A stretch of 64,000 nt of DNA. It comes from Octopus sinensis (lineage: Eukaryota). The stretch lies in contig NC_042997.1 of NCBI RefSeq assembly GCF_006345805.1, forward strand, positions 46,624,001 through 46,688,000, read 5' to 3'. Both the position numbers and the translations under genes were made by a program. Below, piece after piece: positions 53,398 through 64,000 of the stretch (position 1 is its first letter; each line of letters opens with the position of its first letter). A model generated the notes under the pieces. The model saw only the letters and a list, made by a program, of their open reading frames with translations. It searched no databases and was not told the origin of the DNA.

Positions 53398-53417
53398 ATG
53401 TATATTGTATATGTATG

Positions 53418-53480
<63 letters not shown>

Positions 53481-53903
53481 AATTCATACGTGCGTACATA
53501 CGTTATATAAGTATATATATATATATACGCATACAGATACACGCAGACCAAACGGACCACATAGCTATCATGAGTCATAGGAATGGGGTTTACTTAGGAT
53601 AATTACATATTTAGAAGTTCGACCAGGAAAGAATGGCGAGATATACGGAAATGGAATCCCAATGTCCTGTTTATATCCCCTATTTCTAACATGGATGACA
53701 GAAATGTTATTGGAGTCGAAGAGTGTATTGCATTAGCCGAGTAAATTTACACAGAGAGTATTGCATTAGTTGAGTAAAGTCCCTCAAGGAAAGAAGTACT
53801 TCAACAGACTGCTGGCCTCAACTGAATGTATTCGATAAAACTATATTCCACAATGCTTTTGCATGTCGGCCCGAGTCCCAACCATTATGCTACTATACTG
53901 GGT

Positions 53904-54165
53904 AGTTCAAGATGTCTGCAATGTGGACTTTAACAACTGTAATAAGGATACTAGACCGCACAGTTGAAGATATCTACAATTAGACATCTAGGATAGACAA
54001 AAATTAACGATTGCAATTATGATATTAAACAGGATAGTTGAGGATATCTGCAATTTGGATATCAATAATTGGAAGCTGTTAGCAACTGCAATTAGGATAC
54101 AGAGTGGACAGTTGCAGATATCTGAAATTGGACATTAGCTGTAGAAAGGTGTTAACAACTACAGG
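53904..54165. repeat. Degenerate ~74-bp minisatellite, about 3.5 units
   Basis: Recurring GTTGAAGATATCTRCAATT-like starts at about 53904, 53963, 54037 and 54111. Confidence 0.7.
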
Positions 54166-54730
54166 TAACTTTCACAACAACACCGACTGACATTAACGGT
54201 ATCTATGTTAAAAGATGGGAAGGAAGGTGACACATAATATTAGTTTAACAGCCATTAAGAGTTCTATTTCATCACCTAAACAACACCTAGTGAACAGTAT
54301 TGAGAGAAAGTCTTTAGTTAACTTCAAATGTTACTGATAAACATTTGCATCTGGGTACAATGGAGTAGGATGGAAAATAAAGTGTCTTGCTCCAGGTTGG
54401 TCGCTACAATGTCCAGGGTGAGAATCGATCCCAACATCTAATTACCATGAAATCAACACTCTATTGAATAAAATATGTGACTTCAAATATACGTGTATAA
54501 ATATATAAAACCTCAGTCGTGGGACCAAACAGATACGCAACACTCGGAATTGGAGTATCGAAGTCGTAAAATCGTAGCTATGAATTTATGATATATGTAC
54601 ACACCCGCTCACAAATACATACGTAATACATACATACATACATAATACATAACACATATGCATACACAAATATATACATATATGAAAGCACAAACACTCG
54701 CATATATATATATATGTATATATATATTAT

Positions 54731-54762
<32 letters not shown>

Positions 54763-54829
54763 ATATATATATATATATGTATATGTATATGTATATATAT
54801 GTATATATATATATATACGTATATATATA

Positions 54830-54900
54830 TGCATGTATATGTGTTTTGTATGGCTATGTTTCTGTATGTCCTCAAAGCAACTTGTATTTTCAAGAAGTAC

Positions 54901-54972
<72 letters not shown>

Positions 54973-55084
54973 GTATATGTATATATATGTATATATATAT
55001 ATACGTATATATATGCATGTATATGTGTTTTGTATGGCTATGTTTCTGTATGTCCTCAAAGCAACTTGTATTTTCAAGAAGTAC

Positions 55085-55123
<39 letters not shown>

Positions 55124-55130
55124 TATATGT
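54830..55130 (+). repeat. Local tandem duplication of a 75-bp unique segment with (TA)n spacers
   Basis: GCATGTATATGTGTTTTGTATGGC...AAGAAGTACTTCA occurs at ~54830 and ~55014. Confidence 0.9.
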
Positions 55131-55879
55131 AATTACTTATACATGTCTATATAAACACATGCATATACATATATATATGTGTGTATACATCTACACTTAT
55201 ATATATATATATATATATATATATGTTAATATATATATACATACACACATATAAGTATTTACACACATGTATATGTATGTATGTATAGATGCATGTTTGC
55301 ATGTATGTATGTATGCATGCGTGGATGCATGTATGTGTACATACGTGTAAGCTATATTTCTGCATCAAAGAATCCCATAAATAATTCATGTCACTTGTTG
55401 GTGTAGATGAGAGGATTATCATTCTTGCGACCGATTAAGTTTCAGGTTGGAATTGTAGGTTCATTCAAACACGCTCAGCAATCTGCAATCTTAGCACCGA
55501 CTCTTTTCGCAAAATTTCTAGTGGGATTATGGACTAAGGGATGCATGTATATATGCATCATAAAAGAATGTTCAGTGTGGCGAATATTTTGCTAGTGATT
55601 GTTCAGTAGTTCACACCTATCGTGAATTTGTCCACAGGCTTTGAACGAGTTGGTATAAGCAAGAAGCAACTAACTGATAGATAAAAAGAAAAACGCTATT
55701 AAAAGTACAGAAATGACAGCAACAACAACAGCAACAATAGCAACAACAACAGCAAGAGCGAAGAGAACAACAACAGAAGTCACTGCTTCCAGTGAAGACT
55801 ACGCACAACGGGAAGAAGCTAAACCTGAAGAAACAGTCGAATGCTTTGTGATGCACAAGTATTTCTTTGCTTGATTTCA

Positions 55880-55921
<42 letters not shown>

Positions 55922-56195
55922 TTAGTTTGGTGTTTAGTACAGTTGTTAATCACATAGATACATCCCCCACCTACCCAGGCATGCATACTTATATACACAC
56001 ATATATGTGCGTGAACGTGTGTATGTGTATGCGTCTTTGTGAGAATATTGAGATATATAGATGTGTGTATATGTGTCAGATTTCAATATCCCTATATATG
56101 CATATATATGAGTGTATGTAATATGAACACGTACACAGACATACATACACATACACACACACATACACATATACATATATACATCCATACATACA

Positions 56196-56226
<31 letters not shown>

Positions 56227-56462
56227 TTATACCTACATCTATATCAATATTATATAGATATCAAAACTCTGAGCGTATATTGCAGTATATATCAAACTAT
56301 TGGCGTTTTAGAAGTGATTCTTTTCATACCTATGATGTATTATAGAATATCTCCATAGAAGTTTTGTCAGCGCTGCATTTTCCGACGAATGTCAAGGTAA
56401 TGCACGTATGTATGTATGTATGTATGTATGCATGTATGTATGTATGTATGTATGTATGTATG

Positions 56463-56528
<66 letters not shown>

Positions 56529-56629
56529 ATATATATATTATATATTATAATATAGATAGATATAGATATAGATGTATGTGTGTGTGTATATACATATATA
56601 TTGATAGATACAGATATAAATGATGCATT

Positions 56630-56800
56630 CTTTATTTTCTCTCCTTGTTTCTTTCTGTCTTCCTTTCTGTGGAAGAGCGTAGGGTCGAAACGTTAAAGAC
56701 TTTTTTCACTTCCCGAGCGTTATACTAATACATCTGTTTGTTGTCTACACCACCTGTCTTCGTCTTTTGTTTTTTCCTTTGTGAATTCTTCCTATATATT
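56630..56800 (+). mobile_element. PLE-type terminal repeat, A6U HHR family
   Basis: Motif at 56663-56700: CTTT|CTGTGGA A|GAGC-GTAG-GGTC|GAAA|CGT|T|AAAG. Confidence 0.7.
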
Positions 56801-56887
56801 TACATACATACGTACATACATACATACATACATACATAAATACATACATACATATATATATATATATAAATAAATATATATATATAT

Positions 56888-59599
56888 AAATCCTTAAATC
56901 CTTAAAAATGTTTTAGCCCGAAGGCCGCGGCCATGCTGGGGCACCACCGCTGAATGAGCTACACTAGTTTGTGAATCCACCTCTGATACGTGGCACTTGA
57001 TCAACAAGGGAGTTCGATGCTGCTGCCCGCATCCGTGTCTCCTGTCGTGAGGTAGGTTCATCTGTGACTCCCAACAAGAAGAGATCCAGTTTAGTTTTAA
57101 AGAAACCCACATCCACACCATGTAAGTCTCTCAGGCATTTAGGGAGGATGTTAAAGAGCTGTGGTCCTCTGAAACCCAAGCTGTTGCAGTATCTGGACCT
57201 GTATTTTGATGGTGATGTTGGAATCCTTGGCACCACGCAGCGGCGCCCCGTTCTTTGAATGCCAAAGTTTGGGACAAGACCCTCCAGGATTTTCCAGATG
57301 TATATCACTGCATATCTCTCCCGCCTCCGCTCCAGGGAGAAGAGGTTTAATACCTTCAGTCTTTCCCAGTAGCTGACATTTTGCATTGAGACGATTTTCT
57401 TTGTGTAACTTCTCTTAGTTGCTTCGAGTTCTGCTGTTTGTTTTATATTGTGTGGTGACCAAAGTTGGGAGCAGTAGTCCAAGCGGCTAAGGACGAATGT
57501 TTTCCATAGGACCATCAGTGTCTCCTTCTCTCTTGTTCTGAAAGTTCGGAGAATCCATCCAGCTAGCCGTCTGCATTTTATCACCAGATTAGCAATATGC
57601 ATTTGGAAAGATGCATCATTGCTCATGTCAATGCCCAGGTCACGCACTGATTTTGACTCAGGGATTGCAATTCTTCCTGGGCCAGTGTATCCAGTCTTCA
57701 CGTCATTTACCTTTGTGTGCCAGTAGCGCAGGACCTGGAACTTACCTGCATTAAACTGCATGTTGTTGTCCTCAGCCCACCTGTATATTGTGTCCAGCTC
57801 ATGTTGCAGATGCGCAATATTTTCAGGGTTTTGTATTGCGTGGGTGACTTTTGTGTCATCTGCATAGCTAGCAAGGGTGGTCATCGTAGCAACTGAAGGC
57901 ATGTCTGAAAGGGCCACTATGAACATCAGTGGCCCCAAGACAGTGCCCTGTGGGACACCGCTTGTTATTTGCGTTTCCTTGGAGGTGGCTCCATTGCTCA
58001 CAACTGCCTGTTTTCTGTCTTTTAGGAAGTTGTGCAGCCACTCTCCAAGATTCCCGCCTATGCCGAGACCACGCAGTTTGTGACAGATCATACCATGGTC
58101 GACTTTATCAAAGGCTTTTGCAAAGTCGAGATATATTACATCCACATTTGAGCCATTTAGTAGCTGTTTCAACACCCAGTCATAGTGTTGCAGGAGCTGT
58201 GTTAGACAGCCTCTACCTGGTCGAAATCCATGCTGGGTGTCAGACAGTAAGTCATTTTCTTCAAGAAACATGATTAGTTTCTTACGGACTATTCGTTCCA
58301 TGACTTTGCTGATGTGTGAGGTCAGAGAGATAGGCCTATAATTTTTAGCATCTGCTCTGCTACCTCCCTTATGGATAGGGCATATTACCCCTTCTTTCAG
58401 TTTGACTGGGAGCTTACCACTTGCAAGAAAGCTCTGAAAAAGAAGCTGTAGCGGTTTTGCAAGGGCTCGTTTGCACGATTTGAGATGGATCGCTGGGAAT
58501 CCATCAGGTCCAGCAGCTGAGTTTGTGTCAATCTCATCAATGGCTAGTGTGATATCATCATCTTCGATGTTGATGTACTCAATTTTTGTCTCTTTGGCCG
58601 CTGGTAAAGTGGCAAAGAATTCTTCTGGGTTGTTTACTTGCCTGTGTCCTAGAGGTGTAGTGAACACACTTTGGAACTGTTCGTTCAGTATTTCACTTAT
58701 CCTCGTGGGATTTCCTGTGAGAGAGCCATCTTTTTGGAAGAGAGGTCCTATTCTCTGGTGCACTGTGGCTGTCTCTTTGGCAAACTTAAAGAAAGCTTTA
58801 GGGTTTGATTTTATATTTTATATTACCCAAGCTTCTTTATCTGCTCTCTCCTTTTCATGGGACTGATGTAGACTTTTCTCAGTTTCCATTAGCATTCTTT
58901 CGAGCCGAGACTTTTCACCACTTTTGGTGTGCTTGCTCAAGCGGTTTGCAATCCTTGTCCGTCGTCTCATAAGAATCCTCCTTTCTCTAGGGATCCTGTT
59001 TTTGTTCTTGTGTGTGCTGGCCCTGCACATTGGGACATATTTGTCACATATGGCTTGTATTATGGACATGAAGTGTTTGTGTTTCATGTTTATGTCCGGT
59101 GTGGAGAGACATTCAGGCCAATCCTATTTGAGGATCTCTTTCTCAATCGACTTCCAGTTGGCTTTATGAAAGTTTAAGTTGGAGAGATGGTGGGTGCTTC
59201 GTATAGGCTGTGTGTCTGCGGGGGCTTTTGTTCCATACATAGACAGCTCTATTATGTTGTGATCCGAGATCATTGTCGGCATCACATTAACATTATGGAT
59301 AATATCCATATTGTTTGTGAAGCAGAGATCCAGTATATTATCTGCCCTTGTTGGTTGCAGAACTATTTGCTCCATGAAAGAGGCATTTGTGAGATGGAGC
59401 AGGGACTCCACCTGTGCCTGCTGATGGTGTGTCATCCCTGGGAGCATCTGCCCCCCAGGCCATTCCACATTGGGGAGGTTAAAGTCACCCATGAAGAATA
59501 CACTGTTGTGCTGTTCAAGGTTGGTGAGGACTTCTCCTATTTTTGTTAGGCAGTCTTCAAACATGCCTGAGTGTTTTGGGGCATCTGGTGGGCGATATG

Positions 59600-59600
<1 letters not shown>
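56888..59600 (-). mobile_element. CR1-group LINE, 5'-truncated within the endonuclease, intact 3' end
   Basis: Endonuclease motifs YRPP, MGDFNLPNV, LDLCFT and SDHNII (59124..59564). RT ORF follows. 3' UTR hairpin and (AAGGATTT)n tail. Confidence 0.95.
56964..58763 (-). CDS. LINE ORF2 reverse transcriptase portion (599 aa uninterrupted)
   Basis: SAAGPDGFP, KNYRPISLTSHISKVME, QHGFRPGRGCLTQL, YLDFAKAFDKVDH, SGVPQGTVLGP, YADDTK and VRDLGI. Confidence 0.93.
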   Translation of the reverse strand: MHQRIGPLFQKDGSLTGNPTRISEILNEQFQSVFTTPLGHRQVNNPEEFFATLPAAKETKIEYINIEDDDITLAIDEIDTNSAAGPDGFPAIHLKSCKRALAKPLQLLFQSFLASGKLPVKLKEGVICPIHKGGSRADAKNYRPISLTSHISKVMERIVRKKLIMFLEENDLLSDTQHGFRPGRGCLTQLLQHYDWVLKQLLNGSNVDVIYLDFAKAFDKVDHGMICHKLRGLGIGGNLGEWLHNFLKDRKQAVVSNGATSKETQITSGVPQGTVLGPLMFIVALSDMPSVATMTTLASYADDTKVTHAIQNPENIAHLQHELDTIYRWAEDNNMQFNAGKFQVLRYWHTKVNDVKTGYTGPGRIAIPESKSVRDLGIDMSNDASFQMHIANLVIKCRRLAGWILRTFRTREKETLMVLWKTFVLSRLDYCSQLWSPHNIKQTAELEATKRSYTKKIVSMQNVSYWERLKVLNLFSLERRRERYAVIYIWKILEGLVPNFGIQRTGRRCVVPRIPTSPSKYRSRYCNSLGFRGPQLFNILPKCLRDLHGVDVGFFKTKLDLFLLGVTDEPTSRQETRMRAAASNSLVDQVPRIRGGFTN

Positions 59601-59642
<42 letters not shown>

Positions 59643-60165
59643 GTATGTATGTATGTATATATGTATGTATGCATGTATGTATGTATGTATGTATGTATGT
59701 ATACTCACCCACAATGGGTTCGCCAACAGAAAGAAGGAACCAGACTGCTCTACATGCATATTTCAAATATGACTTGGGTTTTGTTAGCGGTTGCAGTCCT
59801 TTTACAAATCTAACATTTTTATAGTTACTAATAATATTGCTTAAACGAAACTGGACATGTCAGTTTGTGTATATAAGACTATCATGTACGGCAATAGGAA
59901 TATTAGATTAGCTGTCAAAAATATTTTTTAATGCGTTTTTCTAACCTGAATGGAGAGAAAAATAAAGGAAGAAGGAAAGTCTCTCCCGGTGGACTATTTT
60001 ATGGTTTGTTAACCTTTCCTCAGAGGCTTACCCGACTTCCTTTTCCAATCAACGGCATAGGATTGCTGCTATATAAAACAGATAAAAATTAGAGTGGTGC
60101 TCTTGTGGTTAGACTAATTCGCATATTCGTACTCCTATAATTCATAAGTCTTGAAACAACGTCTA

Positions 60166-60562
60166 TCTTTATATATAAAAGAGAGGTTGTGTGCTGTCTG
60201 TCTCCTACGATTTAGATTCCTAACTACTCCCACATTTTGCGGTGCAGTTTAACCAAAACCGGGTATCTTATAGTCGTGATTCATATCGAGCCCTTCTGGG
60301 TATTAGCGCGCGTCTACGATGAGTCTACGGTTTAAAAAAAAAATTACCATCAATTTTTCCCATTTTTAATGCATTTTTGGCATATATAAGGGAAGTAACT
60401 CTCTAAAAATTTATTATTACATCTCAGAACGTAAAAAGCTACAGTAACACCCCCTCCTTTGTGGTTAGCCATATTGAGATGGCTATTATACTTTTCATCT
60501 CTAAAAATGCTTATATAGTTATTTCCCTTACAAACCCGAGCAACGCTGGGCGATACTGCTAG
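60166..60562 (+). mobile_element. Non-autonomous Helitron, second copy
   Basis: A|TC start, hairpin CCCGAGCAACGCTGGG and CTAG|T end. Shares ~190 bp of 5' sequence and the 3' end with 37258-37770. Confidence 0.82.
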
Positions 60563-62343
60563 TTTAATGTATAAGGAAATGCCAATAGGAACAACTATGG
60601 GGCTGAAATGAAAATATATATGTGTTACTTTTATACAGAAAAAAAGCGATTGAAATTCCTTACGCAGCGTTTCAGGGTTCATGGTCTGCTTCCAAAAGAA
60701 GACGTTATCGTTTTTTAAGCCCCAATGAATAGCATAATAGTGTGTAATAGTTATATGAATATACAGGGATTGGACAAAATAATGGACAAAATATATATAT
60801 ATATATATAGTGTGTGTGTGTATACAGACACACAAACACACACATGCACGCACATAGGCATACACACGCGCGCACATGCAAACACACAGTCACGTATGTA
60901 TGTGTATGAATATATTGTGCATTCTTCGTTTCTGAATAGGTTCAGCAAAATAATGTACTCTAAGTTTTGAAAGTTATTTCATATAAGCTATCTTTTTGCA
61001 ACAAAAAATAACTTTCGCATTAGAAAATGGTTTGTAGTTTAGCTTAGATAAAGCCGATTCCATTTATTCCGGTAATCTTCAGATCAGTCTTCAAAGTCGA
61101 AGAAATGTAACTTATTTTCTGGTGGAGAAAGTAGGTGCTAATCCACTATTATAAAACATAATTTTCCTTCTGTTGATCACTAGGTGTTTGTTTCATTTGA
61201 AAACAACCTCAAAATAAAAGAAACAGCATTTAGTAAGCATATTCTCTTATATGGTATGTTACTGAAGAATCTACTGTTATTGTTAGTGTATGTGTTGTTG
61301 TTGGAATTCAGATGCCGAAGTCTGTTTGGCATCTGCTGTCGGTGGTTTGTTGATAAGCCTAATTTATAGATTTATCGCAGTGATGTGGTCGTGAAATGAG
61401 CACATCTGTTGTACAATTTCGTGTTCAAAATTTCAGATCCTTGCCAAGAAATGACGCGCACAATGTCACGTCATTTGCATACATAGCTGGAGTCACCTCA
61501 TGCAGACCAACTTAGAATAGTCGAAAGAAAATGTACATTGGTATGTGAGAGGGTGATTGAAAGATATATTTCAAAGTTATTAGACATCATTCAGGCGTAC
61601 TAGCAATGCACATATCACGAAACTAGCAATCCACATTGAAACCAAGAGACAAGAACATCGCTCACAGCATGAAATGGCAAAACAAAGCAACAAGTGATTG
61701 AATCGGATAAATCCAGTATGTATACATAGACTATTAGAATATTAGAGTCACGATAATTATTTCAGTTCTAAGTTCATATTTCACTAAATGTACCCATCAA
61801 CACAAGTTTACGTTTTCGAAAGGGACGATACTACTTACACCGGAATGAATAGCCAATATCCTCGAAAATAACTCTCCATTTCCCGAATGTTCTTGCTTCT
61901 TAAATCTATGCAATAACTTGCAAAAATGCATATGTATAATGTGCTGGTGTACACTTTGATTTAACCAAAGAATTACAATTTTCTTCATATCAACAAGGAA
62001 ACAGCACTGGATTCAATAGACTAAGACAACTCAGCTACTCTTAACAACACATGAGCCAACAATGTAGATGGAAACTAACGTGAATTCTCAACAATGATTT
62101 GTGAATCTGTATTCTAATTAATAAATTGGCTTTAAGAGAAAATGTTCCGACGAACAAAGAGATGGCAACACAATTTCTATCAAGCAAAGTTGTTTTTTTT
62201 TCTGTCGGAAAGTCCTTATACGACTGAGAGCCACTTCGAAGACAAAGCCCGGAATTGCTACAATAAGATGCCAGTATTTTGATCTCAGTTAACACAGATA
62301 CCTTCTCCTCAAATTAGATTTAAGTAGTTTGCAGCAAATAACA

Positions 62344-62401
<58 letters not shown>

Positions 62402-62865
62402 CAAATTATCTGCTTCATTATATACTGCATCAAAAATAATTCGAAACTAAAACTTATTTTAATTAATATAAACGAGTAACAAATGTTTTCTATAAAGATG
62501 CAAATCACGGAAAAGCAACACAAAGTGATGTTTTTATTCAATTTTCCTTTGATAATAAAAATCACATAACAGTATACATGCTACAGAGAACCTCGATCGA
62601 TTTCAAGGGACCGCCTGACCTGTTTTTCTTAGCTCCATAGAATTGCCCGATTATTTGTGTGGGCCTGACTGAACTGTATGCTTTCAAACAAGACCTATTG
62701 CAAAATGTATTCTCTCTGCCTTAGCGGCTTGATTTTGGATAAATCGATTTCTAAATACATTTTGGTTTTAGATTATACTTTATTGATATGCACATATATA
62801 AATACTTACATCATACATGGAAATGTATATACATAAATACATACATACATATATGCATATATGTG

Positions 62866-62910
<45 letters not shown>

Positions 62911-63015
62911 ATATTTTATGCATCAATTTTGTATTTGGTTTGTAAGATTCTCGATGTGTGTTCGTGTTGAAACAAATTTGTTGCTTCAAAATAAATATTA
63001 TGCAAATGTGTATTA

Positions 63016-63074
<59 letters not shown>

Positions 63075-63654
63075 CACGCGTGTATATACATTCATTGATA
63101 GACAAATATCATGCATAGATTGTAATATTTTGCAATACACGCGTACTTAACCTGTGTGGTGTTATGTTATATATCGATTAATACAGAATTAAAACAAAAT
63201 GTAGAATAAATAAGCATATATTTTATATCCTAAGAAATTGTAACAGTTGCTTGCAATTTTATCCGCATATCCGATTCACTCAAATTGCACAGTCAGACAG
63301 GCTGTTAAATGGGTTTTGCCAGTTGTGTGATTTCGTAGAGTATCAATTAATTTGTCTACAATGGACCTCAGTAACTTACACTTTTGTGCTCCTTCATGTC
63401 ACAATACTGAAACCAGTTACTTTATCATGTCAAGAGAATTTCTCTCTTCAATGCCCCTGAACATTTATCAAAACAGTCTAAATTATTTAAAGTCAACAAC
63501 GCGATACTTTAATATAGAGTCATATACCAGACTATATCTTACTGCATAGCAATTATTAAATATACTCTCTCTCCTTCGCTAATAGTTCACTACCACCTTA
63601 TAAATGCATTAAGCTCAGTTGTTTTACTATGTGAGTAATTAGAACTTACTACCC

Positions 63655-63965
63655 TTATCCGACCAAATCGACCCCAGGACTTATTATTTGTAGGCCTAGT
63701 ACTTATTCTATCGGTCATTTTTGCCGAACCGCTAAGTTATGTAGACGTAAACACACCAACGTCGGTTGTCAAGCGATGGTGAAGGAATAAACACAGACAT
63801 ACAAACATATATATATATATATACGACGGCCTTCTTTCAGTTTCGTCTACCAAATCCACTCACAAGGCTTTGGTCGGCTAGAAGCTACAGCAGAAGACAT
63901 ATGCTCAAGGTGCCACGCAGTGGGACTGAACGGGAACCATGTGGTTGGTAAGCAAGCTACTTACG
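63655..63965 (-). mobile_element. tRNA-derived SINE
   Basis: Same family as 1027-1421. Confidence 0.9.
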
Positions 63966-64000
63966 ACGTTCTTTTTATTTTTTACATTTTAGTTTTTGTG

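Noticed and set aside
53904-54165. Possible leucine-rich-repeat coding array
   Set aside because: The 74-bp period breaks frame and stop codons are present.
54830-55130. Tandem duplicate of a 75-bp segment as a functional repeat
   Set aside because: It is embedded in (TA)n, so slippage or an assembly artefact is the simpler explanation.
2024-63951. Dozens of short ORFs rich in Y/I/C/V/M/H/T/K in the ORF track
   Set aside because: They are translations of (TA)n, (CA)n, (TACA)n and trinucleotide tracts, or antisense frames of transposon ORFs.
1-64000. CRISPR array, rRNA, bona fide tRNA genes or prokaryotic operons
   Set aside because: No repeat-spacer array or rRNA-like sequence was seen. 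The tRNA-like segments are SINE heads, and the sequence is eukaryotic repeat-rich DNA.

Overview
AT-rich, microsatellite-dense eukaryotic DNA, most likely an octopus intron or intergenic region (inferred from the SINE family and the (TA)n/(TACA)n load). No host protein-coding gene is convincingly supported. The window is largely transposon-derived. It holds two CR1-group LINE copies plus a 3' stub, a young 5'-truncated RTE nested in a SINE, an RTE endonuclease fragment, and a Tx1/L1-type ORF2 enclosed by ~620-bp terminal inverted repeats. It also holds Tc1/mariner relics, a MITE, two non-autonomous Helitrons, many tRNA-derived SINEs and several Penelope-like elements (PLEs): a near-complete Neptune-type copy at 15.6-18.8 kb and a near-complete Naiad-type copy at 43.8-49.05 kb with a 691-bp inverted pLTR. 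The most striking signal is a set of about 12 type-I hammerhead ribozyme (HHR) motifs in PLE termini, from roughly seven families. Several have non-canonical catalytic cores: A3-U8 and U3-A8 swaps that keep the 3-8 pair, U4C, and a family-wide A6U. Nearly all short ORFs in the ORF track are microsatellite or antisense artefacts. All folds and alignments were done by eye, and element boundaries are approximate unless a junction is quoted.
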